Source: Neocallimastix sp. 'constans' | Taxonomy: Eukaryota | NCBI GenBank assembly: GCA_050613775.1 | Contig: JBODTK010000157.1 | Span: 310,001-374,000, forward strand | Length of the DNA stretch: 64,000 nt | Direction of reading: 5' to 3' | Part shown: positions 35,575 through 49,719 of the stretch, one piece after another | Numbering within the stretch: position 1 is the first letter of the stretch | How the letters are laid out: each line of letters starts with the position of its first letter | Notes under the pieces: model-generated | What the model saw: the letters and a program-made list of their open reading frames with translations, nothing else | Database searches by the model: none | What the model was told of the DNA's origin: nothing | Position numbers and translations under genes: made by a program

Positions 35575-35912
35575 TTATTAAAAAATTTCCTCGGATCATA
35601 TTTTTTATAATTTATTTAATCTTGTAAGAAATAAAGTTTATAATAATTAATATATTTCCTATATTTATTCATTTTATTCATTGTGTTAATTAAAAATATA
35701 TATATATATATATCATAAATATAAATATGGCTAGAACTATATGTACGTTATAAATACATGTAATAATTTAATTAAATAAATAAGAAATAGAGAAATCTCT
35801 TATTAATAGAATAACAAATAAATAAAAGTAATCTTAAAATACATTCAAATTACAAAAAAACTCTAAAAAAAAAAGAGAAAAAAATTTCCTCGGATTTTTA
35901 TATATTAACAAA

Positions 35913-35943
<31 letters not shown>

Positions 35944-36422
35944 GAAATCGATATTTGTAAATAGGAATATTTAATAATGAATTTGAAAATCATTTATAGA
36001 TATTATATAATTATTACATATTAAAAATTTATGAATAAACCGGTAATTATCTATTTACTCATCTATCTATATATTATATATATATCTTTATTTTATTTTA
36101 TTATATCGTAATTGCATTTTTTTTTATTTTTCATATCTAATTATTCATTTTGTATCGTATATTTTAAAAAATTTTTAAGAAATATATATGAAATATAAAA
36201 TTTTAGATTTTAATTTTTTTTTTTTTTGATTTTAAATCTAATTAATTATTAAATTTTATTATATAATAAATATAATATATATGAAATTACATAAATTAAT
36301 TTATGGTAAACCATAAATAGAAATAGAAATAAAATAAAAATTGCCTATATATCTAAAATCTTAAATGAAAAACCTTATTTATTTTTAACCTATATTATTA
36401 TTTTATTCTTATAATGAATAAT

Positions 36423-36465
<43 letters not shown>

Positions 36466-36832
36466 TTAATGTATAAAAATCTATAATTAAAAACTATCTA
36501 CATTTATAGATAAAAAATGAACATATTTAATTTTTTAATGAATATGAATGAACTTTATTTATTAATTGAATTCTATAGTATTTAGTTAACTTTTATCAAA
36601 TAAACTTTTATCAAATAAACTTTTATTAATGAAAAAATAATTAAAACCTTTTTTTTTACATTTGTAAATTTAAAAATATGAATGTACATGTAATTTATAT
36701 TGATCATTGTTTAAATCAATATAAAATGTTGAATATTATTTTAATATAATTATTTCGAAATTTTTATTTACTATTTTCCTTTTAATCTTTTTATATTTAA
36801 TGAAATTATAATTAAATCTATATACATATATT

Positions 36833-37071
36833 TGTTAAGGAGTCACCTAGAATGTGTGTACACACACAATAATTATAATATTATTTATTTATTTATTTAT
36901 TTATTTATTAATTATTTTTTATATTTTTTTTTATTTAATAAAAAGACTCAAATATAAAATATTACATATCATTTTAATATATTATATTATTTACATATTA
37001 TTAATTGTATACATAATAAAATATTTATAATATTATAATATACAATATAAGAAATCTTATATTTCTTAACA
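36833..37071 (-). mobile_element. 3' LTR of a Ty1/copia element (239 bp)
   Basis: Termini tgttaag...cttaaca (TG..CA, 7-bp inverted ends); purine-rich tract (gtacgaggaa on the minus strand) between the RNase H stop and the LTR. Confidence 0.75.
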
Positions 37072-38810
37072 TTCCTCGTACATTAGATATTATTATTATA
37101 TTTTTTTTAATTCTTTGAAAATCAAATTTGTAAAAGGTGTCATTTTAATACCTGTAATACTTATAGTTACTAATATATTGTCTGTATCTATATATTCTAG
37201 TTTAATGTCATTTTTTATGATTTTTTCTTGAATGTATTTATACTTCATATCTATATGTTTGCATCTTGCTTTAGAATTTGTATCTTGAGCAATAGAGAAA
37301 CATGCTTTATTATCTATCATAATTTTTATTTCAATATCTTTTATTAAATATTTCTTTATTTAATTTTTTAAACCATAAACCTTGTTTGGCACATTTCGTA
37401 AGACTGACAAATTCTGCTTCAGCTGTATATAAGGTAACATCCAGGATATTGGACTATTTCTTAATAGAAAAATAACCCCTAATCCCTATTAATTATTTAA
37501 GATACAATTCATTTGTTGATGCAATAGCGATTGTCAAACAAAGACTATCCACTTGTGTTGTTGGTGAATATGTATCTAAAAAATCTTGTCCTGGTATTTT
37601 CTTGAAAAGCCACTAATCTTGCTTTCTTTTTGTTTTTATCTTTTTTAGCAAATATCCAATTCGAGTCAATGACATGAGTATTTTTTGGAATTTATTAACT
37701 ATTTCCATTACTCCATTATTATACATATTGGATAGTTCATTATTAATTGTTATTTTCCACTCTTCTGCATCAGTTGAGTTTATGGCTAGTTCAAATGTAT
37801 TTGGAGTATTTGTTTTAATATTTAATATTTTATATCTTTTATTGTCATTATGTGTTAATTTTACTTTCCTAATATGATTCATTTTCAGAATCACTTAAAT
37901 TTTCGTTTTCAACATTGAATGACCTTTTTTTATATACTAATTTTATTTTATGTTTATTTAATTATTTCGTTTTTAGAACTGCTTGAATAATTACTTTCTT
38001 CACCCGTTGTATTTCTATTATTTAAAGTCTCTATTTTATTTTGATTCAAATATTTACAATTAGAATTTCTTTTCGAATTATTATTATTACTATTATTATT
38101 ATTACTATTATTATTATTATTATTATTATTATTATCATTACTATTATTATTATTATTATCATTACTATTACTATTATTATTATTATAATTATTATTATTA
38201 TTATTATTATTATTATAATTATTACTATTACCATTATTTAATATACTAATATTATTATTGTTTATTACTAATACATATTATTATTTATTATTATTAATTG
38301 ACTGATGTGGATTTAAATTAAATAAATGTGCAGCATATAGAATAGCTAAATCCCAGAATTTTAAAGGAAGCTTGGCAGAATTTAAAAGAGTTTTAGCACA
38401 ATTATATAAGGTTTGATTCAACCTTTCGGCTCTTCTTTTTTGTTGTGGGTTACCAGGAATTGAGTGAATTTAAAAAATTAATATCTTCGGACTGAAAATA
38501 AGTAATTAAGTTTTTATTAATATATTATATATTCATTGCCATTATCAGATTTTAAGTTAATAATTTTATAGGGTGTGGTATTTAAAATATATTTATTAAA
38601 GAAAAAAAAATTTTATAAACACCACTTTTGTTTTTTAATGGAAAAACCCACACTTTATGAGAATAGTCATCTAAAAATGTGACGTTGTAATTATATCCTA
38701 AGTATGAGGTTTCTAATATACCTACCACATCAGTATGAACTAATTCCATTAGTTTTTCAGCCTTTTTAAAAGAATAATAAAATAGTTTTTTCTTTAATTT
38801 ACTAATTTTG
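37072..38810 (-). mobile_element. Degenerate, internally deleted Ty1/copia pol (integrase, RT, RNase H remnants)
   Basis: Integrase ELVHTDVVG..TFLDDYSHKVWVF, KSDNGNEY, SIPGNPQQ..RAERLNQTL; RT region PNTFELAINSTDAEEWK..ELSNM, PGQDFLDTYSP; RNase H AEAEFVSL, DNKACFSIAQ..KHIDMKYKYIQE. The INT-RT-RH order is copia-type. Confidence 0.9.
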
Positions 38811-38822
38811 CGTTTCTATTTA

Positions 38823-38965
38823 TTGTGACACAATAATTATTATATGTTTATTTATTTTATTAATTAATTATTTTATATATTTTTAATAAAAAGACTATAT
38901 ATAATTTTAATTTTTATATAATTTACATATTATTTGTTGTTTATATATAATAAAATATTAATAAT
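38823..38965 (-). mobile_element. Partial, diverged second LTR-like copy
   Basis: acacaataattat...ttaataaaaagact...atttacatattatt...ataataaaatatt aligns by eye with 36864-37030 in the same orientation. Confidence 0.55.
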
Positions 38966-39279
38966 AATGCGTTTAAAATTTTTAATAAATAAATAAATAA
39001 ATAAATAATAAATAAAATAATAATATTGCTAATAAATAAGTAACTATAATAAAAAAAATTATAAATGTGTTAATAATCAATAAGATTATATATGTTTTGG
39101 ACATTAAATAAAAGATTTTCATAGTTCTTTATATATTTGGTAAATTAAAAAATAAAAGAAAGCTAATTTCATTAATATTTATTTAGAATATAATAGAAAT
39201 TAAAAATTAAAAAAAAAAAAAAAAAGAAAAATAACTATATAAAAATATTTAATTATTATAGTATTTTATATCATTTGAA

Positions 39280-42200
39280 ATAATGAAAGAGTTTTTAAGA
39301 ATAATATAAACTTAATAATTATCATATATTTATCAAAAAAAGAAAATATACAAGAAAAAAATTTAAAAAAAGGATAAAGAAGTTTGGGTATTTTTAGATG
39401 AAATCAATACATGTAATTCGTTAGGATTAATAACAGAATTAATGTTTAGATAATACATGTAGGGGTAAAAAAATTAAAAAGAACGTCAAATTCATTGCTG
39501 CTTGTAATCCATATCGTTTGGATACAGGAAAAAGAGCGGAATTTGGATTACATTATGGTGATAAATATAAAAATAAGAAACTTGTATATGTTAGTTAATC
39601 CATTGCCATTATCACTTCTTAATTTTGTTTTTTGATTTTGGAAATCCAACAAAAGCTGATATTAAAAAGTATATTGAAAATATTGTACTGAAAACACTTG
39701 AAGAATCAATTAATGATATGAATATCATAGATTATATAAAACCCCTTAGCAATAAATTCAATATCAAAAGCTCATGAATTTAGTATAAATAGTTTTAATA
39801 TCTCTACTGCAAGTTTAAGAGAGATTAGAAGATGGGATATTCTGTTTAGGTGGTTTATAAAATTACTAACTAATAATTATTTTTCTAAAAAGCTGAAGCC
39901 TTCACAAGATAATATTTATTTATATTCATTGAATTTGAGTCTTTATCTATGTTATTATATTAGAATAAGTGAAAAAGAAAAAAGAAAGTTATTCATTTGA
40001 AGAAATGAAAAAGGTATTTGGTGGAAAATATGATTTTGAAGAAATTCCAACTAAAATTCAAAATTTAATTGCTGATGAAGTTAACTTAGAATCTGGTGTT
40101 GCAAAAAAATAGTACCTTTATTAGAAAATCTATTTTTTATTTTCGTATGTTTAAACACAAAAATTCCACTTTTAATCATAGGAAAACCCGGATGCAGTAA
40201 ATCTCTTAGTTGACAATTAATTTCAAAATTGATGAAAGGTAAAAAATTCCACTAATGAATTATTTAAAGAATTCTCAAAGTTAATATACTAAGTCCTATC
40301 AAGGTTCCCTGACAAGTAATTCTGAAGGTATTTTAAGAGTATTTGAAAATGCTGAAAAAAGTATACTTGACAATTCATTAAATAATATTATATCGGCTAT
40401 ATATTTTGATGAATTGGGTTTAGCTGAATTATCTAGTAATAATCATTTTAAAGGTTATTCGTTTCAAAATTAGAATATGATGATAATAAGAATAAAATAT
40501 CATTTATTGGAATTTCAAATTATTGTCTTGATGCCTCAAAAATGAATAGAGGAATCCATTTATCTATTCCTGAGCCCGATATAGAAGATATGAAAACAAC
40601 GGTTTTGGCAATTACTGAATCATATAATATTAAGTTAGATACATTATATGGAAAATATTTTGAAGATTTTATCATTGACATATTATAAGTATAAATAGCA
40701 ATTAAATCAATATCCTTCTAGGTTTGAAGATCTTAAATTGAAGTATAGTATTATGTAATATCATGGAACTAGAGATTTTTACTATTTAATAAAAATTGTC
40801 CCCAAACTTCTAATTAAGCATAAATTTCCACAGAACAAATTAATCATTATAGAATTACTATGTGAAATTATCGAAAGGAACTTTGGTGGTTTAAATAATT
40901 CAGTTTTAATTTTTAAGCAACTATTTAATGAAAAAAAAATAAGGGTATTGGTGAAAAGAAACAATATGATGTTATAAAATGTATTACTGAAAATGTTAAT
41001 GATTTCAACAGTAGATATCTTTTATTAATAACAAAAGATTTTATTAGTCAATTTTTAATTACATCAATTTTAAAGCAATTAGGAAAGAAATATACATTTT
41101 ATTTATGGAAGTGCTTTTGAAGATGATACAATTCATAGTCATTATACTGTAAAAGAATTAAATAAGATTCAAGTGACCATGAATACAGAAGATGTAATAA
41201 TTTTGAATAAAAATTTGAAACAGTGTATCCATCACTATATGATTTATTTAATCAAAATTTTAGGATAACAGGTAACAGTAAATATTCTAGAATAGCATTA
41301 GAAAAATTCCAATACACAAAATTATTTCACAAATGATAAGTTTAGATGCATTGTACTTATTGATAAAAACGACATATATAAAGAAGATCCATCTTCTCTA
41401 AATCGTTTTGAAAAACATTATATTACTTTTGAATATTTACTAGATAAATCTTACAATGATTTATCCAAAGAAATAAATAAGATATTGACTAGTCTATATA
41501 AACTAGGGGAAAATAAAAAAAAATAATATTGATATTAAAATGGAATTAATTAATTGTGATATCGAAGAAATTAAAGGGTTGTTTTATTTCGAAACAGGGT
41601 ATAATAAAAATCCAGAAGGATTAAATATTAACCAATATAAATCACAACTAATGAAAAGAATAGTGAGGACATTTAGTCAAGATATTATGTTCTTTATTAG
41701 AAATTTTGATTTCGCTGAAAAATATATAATAGTGATGACGAAGTCATTTCCAATCTTTTATTATATGGACTTGCATAAACGTCAAAGTTTAAAGGCCTAT
41801 TTAGAAAAAATTGAATCAAATAGGCATATTATATATACTTTTTCAAATATATTAGATTCCATTTTTGATTATAATGATGAAAATAAAGAAATAGCAAAAT
41901 GAAAAATAGGGTACTTTTAATAGAAACAGCATAAAAAATGTGTACATAGATCAGTACAGCTCCGAAAGTGAAATTGATGAAGTGATATCTGAATATTTAA
42001 TTAGTCAAAGTCAAAATTTAATAATATTCCATTATAACCTTGAGGATTGTATTCATATAAACCATATTAACTATATATTTAATTCAAAATAATTCAAAAT
42101 AATATAATAAAAAAAAGCAAAAAAAAAAAAAAAATCCAAAGATTTTATGTTTATTATCCACTTGAAAAGAACATTTAAAAATATTAAAAATAAAAAATAG

Positions 42201-43188
42201 ACAAGAAACAATGTGTAATGAATATTTAATTTCACATTTATCACCCTGGAAGCAAATGTTTATTGATAATTTAAACAGTTTAAATAATAACTTTAAAGAA
42301 ATATATGAATCATCAACTCTTGATTTATTTAAAAATAAATCATTAATTAATGGAGAAGAAGAATTTAAAAAGGATTTATATCATGCATTTTACTTATATA
42401 TTATCTAATTTCAAAATTAATATGACATCAATTTCTAACAATAAATATATTAAATATTTATGCAAATCTATTAATGAAAATGAAAATTTGAAAATTCAAA
42501 TTCAAAGTTCTATTATGAAAAAAAAATAGAAAATAATTGGAACAAATATAATCATGAAAATCTTCAATGAATATAATTTTGACGAAAGCGAAGTAGATTT
42601 TATTTCAATTATTATTAAACATATGAAATCAATCTATAATGATGCCTTAATAAGTACAATTATTATCTTCTAAAATTTTATATGAAAATGAAGCATTCAA
42701 TGATATTTATAGATATTATATTGATAATTTTAATACATCAATTATTAGGTACATTAATATGTCATCTAGGGAAAAAATAGATACATATTTAGGTATATCG
42801 TTTCCAGGTGTAATTCTATCATTCAAAGAAATTGATAGATGTATAATTGAAAATAGGGTAAACTATTTAGATAACGAAAATGAAGTTAGAAAAAATTTAA
42901 ATACTGATATCGATGATTATAATGATTAAAAGAATATATATGAAAATAATATTGTTATTAAATTCAAAGAACAATTTGTCAATAAGTACATTAATTTTAA
43001 AGATTCATTTGATATCGAAAACCATATAAATGTCATTTTTGATGATTATATCATTTATTACTTATCGAAATCAAATTATAATTATACTAATAAAAAAATT
43101 ATAAGTTTTTTTTGATAATTTATTCTACTAATTTACTAATGAAAAAGAAAAAACACTAAATAATATAGCAAATTTTTCATTATTTATT
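39280..43188 (+). pseudogene. RNF213/mysterin-like tandem AAA+ ATPase pseudogene fragment
   Basis: WVFLDEINTCNSLGLITE (~39385), KFIAACNPYR, NPLPLSLLNFV.DFG, SLREIRR, LENLFFIFVCLNTKIPLLIIGKPGCSKSLS (Walker A, ~40181), SYQGSLTSNSEGI, YFDELGLAE (Walker B, ~40402), FIGISNYCLDASKMNRG, YHGTRDFYYLIK, IERNFGG, SRYLLLIT, YPSLYDLFNQNF, LNRFEKH; many frameshifts and in-frame stops. Confidence 0.88.
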
Positions 43189-43708
43189 GGTAGATGTTTC
43201 TCTAATCGTGATGATTATCAATCAGCTTTTAGTAGTATTGAATTTTTAGAGAGGTTATTGTCCGAGTGTTAGACCAAGGCAATGGAAAAAATTTTACATT
43301 AACATGGATGTTGCTATTGCTGTTGCTTTCTATGAACCAAAAATCAGTTATAGATGTACGAGGAAAGAGCTATTGACAGGAATACTGATAGAGATATTAG
43401 AGGCGCATGATTTGATCATGACTTAAAAGAAGGGCTGAACATGAATTAAAGGGATTAAGATTTATTGCATATCACACTGGTGATAAAATAAGAAGATATA
43501 AAGTTAATTGGTCTTACAACTGTTCCAACTGATAAATTAAAGTTCCAAATGGGCTTAAGACCAGCCAAGAAATAGTTAACTACTTCCAAATTAGTAACTA
43601 TTTCCGAAAACAATTTTTTTTTTTCAATAGTCAATTAAAATATACCTATCCCTTCCCATATATTATGGCTGATAGTCCAAAAAGAAACACATTTATATGC
43701 CAGTTGAA

Positions 43709-43754
<46 letters not shown>

Positions 43755-44450
43755 AAATTATTGTTTAGGTCAATGATTACAATAAGTTTTTTTATTATTA
43801 TTATTATTTTTGAAATTATTACGAGGGTTAATGATAAACAATGATACCAATAAGAAAAATTTAAATGATCCATACAAAAACATCTTGATATGATCCAATT
43901 TTTAAATGTTAACCATGAAATATAAAAAGAATGGAATGCTATCAGAAAAGGTATAGAAATTATTTTCTATTGATCCATTAAAAATAAATGTGAATATCAA
44001 GAAGTCTACGGAATTAAATTTGATACTAAAAAAAAAAAGACTTTGGTTTTGAAGTCCCTATTCTTCTTCCAGGAACCAAGAGTTTTTAAATATCATATAA
44101 AAAAAAAGAAAAAGGTGGAGAAAAATCTATTAAACCAAACTCTTTGGTAAATGGAATTTAAAGGATAAAAGTTTTTTCTCTTTTTAGCTCGACGATGTAA
44201 TGAATTAAATTCTTGGTCTATTTTTTTTTTTTTTTTTTTTTTTTTTGTTCCACAATTTATTTAGACTAGGTTCAAATCAAGTTCTTAAACTTTTATTCGT
44301 ATAACTGCAACTGAGATATATATATATATATAAAAAGGTAGGTCAATACCTCATAAGAGAACCACCAATCTTAAAAAATGCTAATTCAAATGATAATAAT
44401 AAAAAAAAAAAATAATACTCTTGTTCAATCATTCGAAAGAGCATCTTTCA
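43189..44450 (+). pseudogene. Argonaute pseudogene fragment (linker 1, PAZ, linker 2, start of MID; no PIWI seen)
   Basis: GRCFS...IEF*RGYCPSVRP...YINMDVAIAVAFYEP (ArgoL1); ELKGLRFIAYHTGDKIRRYKV.GLTTVPTDKLKF and LKY..PYI..HIYMPVE (PAZ); AIRKGIEI..YQEVYGIKFD (L2); GKWNLKDKSFF and LNSWSIF. Confidence 0.8.
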
Positions 44451-44452
44451 AA

Positions 44453-44483
<31 letters not shown>

Positions 44484-45082
44484 AAAAAAAAAATAAAAAT
44501 AAACAATATTAATAAAACATGTATTAAATAAAACATATATTAAATACTAATTAATAATTTTAATTTTAAAAGATAAAGATTTTATCTTCATAAATAGTAT
44601 TTCATTGACTTCCATTATCCATAAATTTGAACTCCATATTTTTTTTTTTTTTTGTAATTTTTCAATTAAAATATTGATTATTATTTTTTTTATAACTTTA
44701 ATAAGAAATAAAATATATTATATATATATATATATACTCAATATTATTTAACAACATCAATCAAAGGAAAAGAAAAAAAAAAAAAAGATAAATATAAAAA
44801 AATTCTAAATTGTTTATTATTTCTTATTTTATTTTATTTTATTAATATTTTTGTAATATTTTATTTTTTTAAAATTTGTTTTATTTTATTTTATTTTGTA
44901 TTATTATTTTTTAATTTAACTTTTTTAATAAATGTTTTTATTATTTTTATTTTATTTTAATTTCATTTTATTTTTATTTTTGGTATGACTTTTTTTGGTT
45001 AATAATTCCATTAATTTTTTTTTTTTTTTTTTAATTTGGGTATAAATATTTTTTTTGATTTGTTTTTTTTTTTATTTCATTT

Positions 45083-45125
<43 letters not shown>

Positions 45126-45673
45126 TATTATTATTATTACTATTATAATTAGCTTTATAAATTTTAATTTTTTCTTTATAATTATTAATTTTACAAAACT
45201 AAAAAAAAAAAAACATAAATAATAATAATAAAAAAAAAGTCTATTATATTTATAAATTATATATTTATAAATATATATTCTATATATTTATTTCAATTAA
45301 TTAATTGAAAATAGGTTGATTTATTATTGTTAATGTATAAAGTAATAAAAATATAAATTAAGTAATCTATTATTAATTTTTTTTTCTTAATTCATTAATT
45401 TTATTACTTTATATAAACTTTCAATAACTTTATAAAGAAATTCAAAATTTTCAATTAAATTTTAACATTCTTTATACGGTTACTGCTATTGATTTATTTT
45501 TTTATTTTTATTATTAATTTTTAAACTATATAAATTAGACTTCTATTTAATATGCTTACTTATAAATTATTAATTGATAATGATATTACTAAAATAGAAT
45601 TCTATTAAACAATATATTATAATTTAATATATTATTTCAAAATAAAAATAATTAATAGATCAAAAATAATAAA

Positions 45674-45704
<31 letters not shown>

Positions 45705-45842
45705 GTTTGTTTGTTTGTTTGTTTAAATCAATCCTTATTTACATTTCATTTCTTAACATTAAAATCTTTTAAATAAGATATCTAAAGAATTACGAATGAA
45801 AAATTATAATAAAAAAATAAACAAGGAATATTTCTTCTTTGT

Positions 45843-47261
45843 TTATAGATTTTTATTACAATTTAATCTTTTATAAGTATTTTCCATATCAGAATGTTTT
45901 ACTTTAGATATTAATTTAGAATCATTAAAATTCTTTTTATATAAGGGTACAAAAGATAAATCAGGATTAACTGGTATACTTGGATATATAATTTTTGGTT
46001 GTTTTTTATGTTTAAGTTTTTTTATATATTTTTGTTTTTGTTGATCCTTATCTTTATTTTTAAGACTTGGTAATGATTTAGACTTTCTTAAAGGAGAAGA
46101 CGATGAATTTTCTTTTATTGAACTCATTTTTTCCTTATTTAAATTGGTTGTTGATTTTGTAGGTCTTATATAATGTTTAATTTTTGTTTCATTATTAGCT
46201 TGTATTTGTGAAGGAGAATTAGATAATTTAAGATTATTTTTTGATTCATTTTCCTTAAAATTTTCAATTGAATATTCTGAAGGAACTGAAACAAATAAAT
46301 CTTTATTTTCTTTTTCAACAGGGATATCAATATTATGGTTGGTATCAATTTCAACATGAATAGTTTCTTGATTTTTAGTTTCTTCACAGTTATTTTCATT
46401 TATGGTAAGGAGTACTGGTGAAAATGATGATGTATTGGTATTTAAACTATTATTTTTTGTTAATAAAAGAGTTGATAATTTTTTTTCATCCTCTGATGAT
46501 GAGTTTGTATTGTTTATATTATGTTCTATAGCTTCTTGTTCAGCTTTAACATCTTGAGTTTTATATCCTAGAAAAAAATTATTATTATTATTATTATCAT
46601 CAAATATATTAAACATTGGAACATAGTCAGGAGATAAATATTCTGGATTATAGATTTTCTTTGAATTAGGTTGAATGCCAGTAAAGAGCTCTACACCATC
46701 CCAATACCATGGATATTTTGGTATATAGTTAAGAGTCATTCCATTGGATAAAGTAAGATAAATAGTAACATCGGAATATAACTCTTTAGCGGATTTTTGT
46801 TTCTCTATAACTTTTTGATAATATTCCGCACAATATATAGTTTTTGGCTTTTCCTCAATATATGGTGGTAATAAACCATTTTCACGTGCTACAGATTCAT
46901 AAACCTGTTTATGTCTGAAATTTTTTTGAAAGAATTTAATGGCATTTTCAATATACTATAATAAATGAAATTAAAATTAGAAAATAGTTATTATTAATAT
47001 CTATTTATATATACATATAAATTTAGGTTTAAAAATTTAATAAATTAAATTTACCTTTAAATCTTCAAATAGATAATTTAAATAATCTAATCCTTTTTGA
47101 TATAATTTATTTATCTTTTTTTGATTTTCTTCATTTTTACTAATATTTATAATAAAATTAGTAAGAGTCCATGCTCCAAAAATTAAAATACTAGACATTA
47201 AAACTATAGTAAAAAACTGAGTTTTGAAGCCAGCTTCATAAGTACTATTATTTGGAATCAT
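45843..47261 (-). CDS. Hypothetical protein with an N-terminal transmembrane helix, two exons
   Basis: Exon 1 47261-~47055 (MIPNN...FFTIVLMSSILIFGAWTL...EDLK|gt); intron ends ttatag at ~46957; exon 2 YIENAIKFFQKNFRHKQVYESVARENGLLPPY... reads in frame into the 45843-46739 ORF. Confidence 0.8.
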
Positions 47262-48598
47262 TTTTATTAATTTTATTTTAAATCATTGATATAGAATAAG
47301 GAGTATATTATAAAAATATATATTTATTTTTTAAATTTTCTCTAAAAAATTTATTATTTTTATCTTTTTTTTATAATATTTTAATAGATTTTACAAACAA
47401 TAAAATGAATAAAACAAATTTATTTTTTTTTTAATAATATTGTCAAAATTTTTTAATATAATATAATATAATGTTAAAATTTATTAATAGTATATATGAA
47501 ATTTCTTTTTTGATATAAAATAATAAAAGTATTTATGAATTAATTTATTTATTTTTTTTATACACTTTTATTAATAAATAAATTAATTAAATTATATTAA
47601 AATGAGATTTATCTCTTGGTATATATTTATTAATTATTTTTCTTAACTTTTTTTTTTTCAATAAATTAAATAAGTATTAAATATTATTTTTCTATATATT
47701 CACTAAACTTAATATAAGAAAAATATTTTTATTAAATTCATTTATAGTTAATTAATGGAATTTACTTTTTCAAAACATTTTATATTATAAAAAATATTTT
47801 TTATCTTTTTTTTTTTTTTAAGATTACACTTAAATCTTTATTTTTAGTTTAATATTTAATTTAAAATATATAACATCATACTTTTTTCGTTTATTTATAT
47901 AAAATATTTTATTATAGCATTAAACTTTTTATTATTATTTATATATTTATTATTTATTATTTAATATTATTATTTATTATTTATTAGTTCTTTATTTATT
48001 TATTATTATTTATTATTATTATTTATTATTTATTTATTTATTATTATATGAATACATTGTTTAATTTATATTAAAAATTTATTAGCCTCATTTATTATTG
48101 TATTAATGAATCATAATATATTTCTTTTAATTATTCTTTATATGGACCATAATATATTATATGAATAAATAATATTCAATATGATTTATATTTAATTTAT
48201 ATATTATGTTAATTTATTCATTTATGAAACTTATATTAATATGATTATATTATAGATTATACAAATTAAATATAGTTCGTATATTATATATTTATATATA
48301 GTATTTATTTCTATTTATTCAATCTACCTTCTTTTTATTATCTATTCAATTTCATATTATTTATATATATATTATATTGTCCTTAATCATAATATAAATT
48401 CATAAATTTATTTATTTTTATTCAGTTTATATATACATAATTAATTAATATATAATATAATTATTAATTTTTATTATTAATTAAATTTTATTTTGATTAA
48501 ATCTTATTTATTATATTTAATTACAATATATTATATATATTTATCTATATTTACTATTTCTTTTATATATTCACTTAATTAAATATGCTTATATAAAA

Positions 48599-48729
<131 letters not shown>

Positions 48730-49613
48730 AAAATAAAATACATATATATTGGGCCATGAGTTAAATAGGAAAGACTGAATAAGTTAATGGAAGGTTTTAG
48801 AATAAATCATTCGTAGAGTATATATATGGAATTATTATAGTATTTCATAGGTTGCATGGATGAAATATCAAGAAACTCAAAACCATTAAATGGTTTAATT
48901 TCATGGTATTTTCGTATCCTATTACTACAAAAAAATTCATTCATGCTATCCAAAGCATAACTAAAGATTATTAATTTAAATATGAAAATTTAACGATATA
49001 TCCTATTATTTTCTAAATATTAAAATTCAAATGACTAGTTTAATTTTGGTTTACTTTCGTCATTTTATAGTTATGAAATTAATTTTATTATTTTTACTGT
49101 GTAGTATCATGAAATTTCTAAATGAAATATTAATAATTTTTTAAAATGAAAAAACTAAAATAATTTTCAAACTTTTCATGTTTATTTTATTTTTTATTTA
49201 TTTAATAGACGAATTTTTTTTTTTAAAATTCTTTTAAATAAACTTATTATCAAATTATTTTATGGATTAGATTGAATGTAAATTTTTTTTTTTTTAGTTC
49301 AATTTTTATTATATAATTTTTAATTTCTTTTTTTCTTTACTATTATTAATTTATGATTATATTTATTTATTTATTTTTTAATTAGATTTTAATATAAACT
49401 AAATAAATAATAAAATTTATTAGTTTGGTTGATTTTTACCAAAAAAAAAAAAGTTTTATTATTTATATTAAAAAAAAAATTTTTTTTTCTTTTCTTTCTG
49501 TTCCTGATTTTCTTATATTATATAATAATGAGTATATTGGATAACATATTATAATATATTGAAACTGACAAAAAAAAAAGGAAATAATAAAAATGTAAAA
49601 ATTTATCTTATTA

Positions 49614-49719
<106 letters not shown>

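Noticed and set aside
41540..42408. Independent genes at 41540-41902 and 42211-42408
   Set aside because: They are fragments of the frameshifted RNF213-like pseudogene.
48750..48975. Short GC-elevated patch, possible transposase remnant
   Set aside because: Too short and degenerate; no diagnostic motif.
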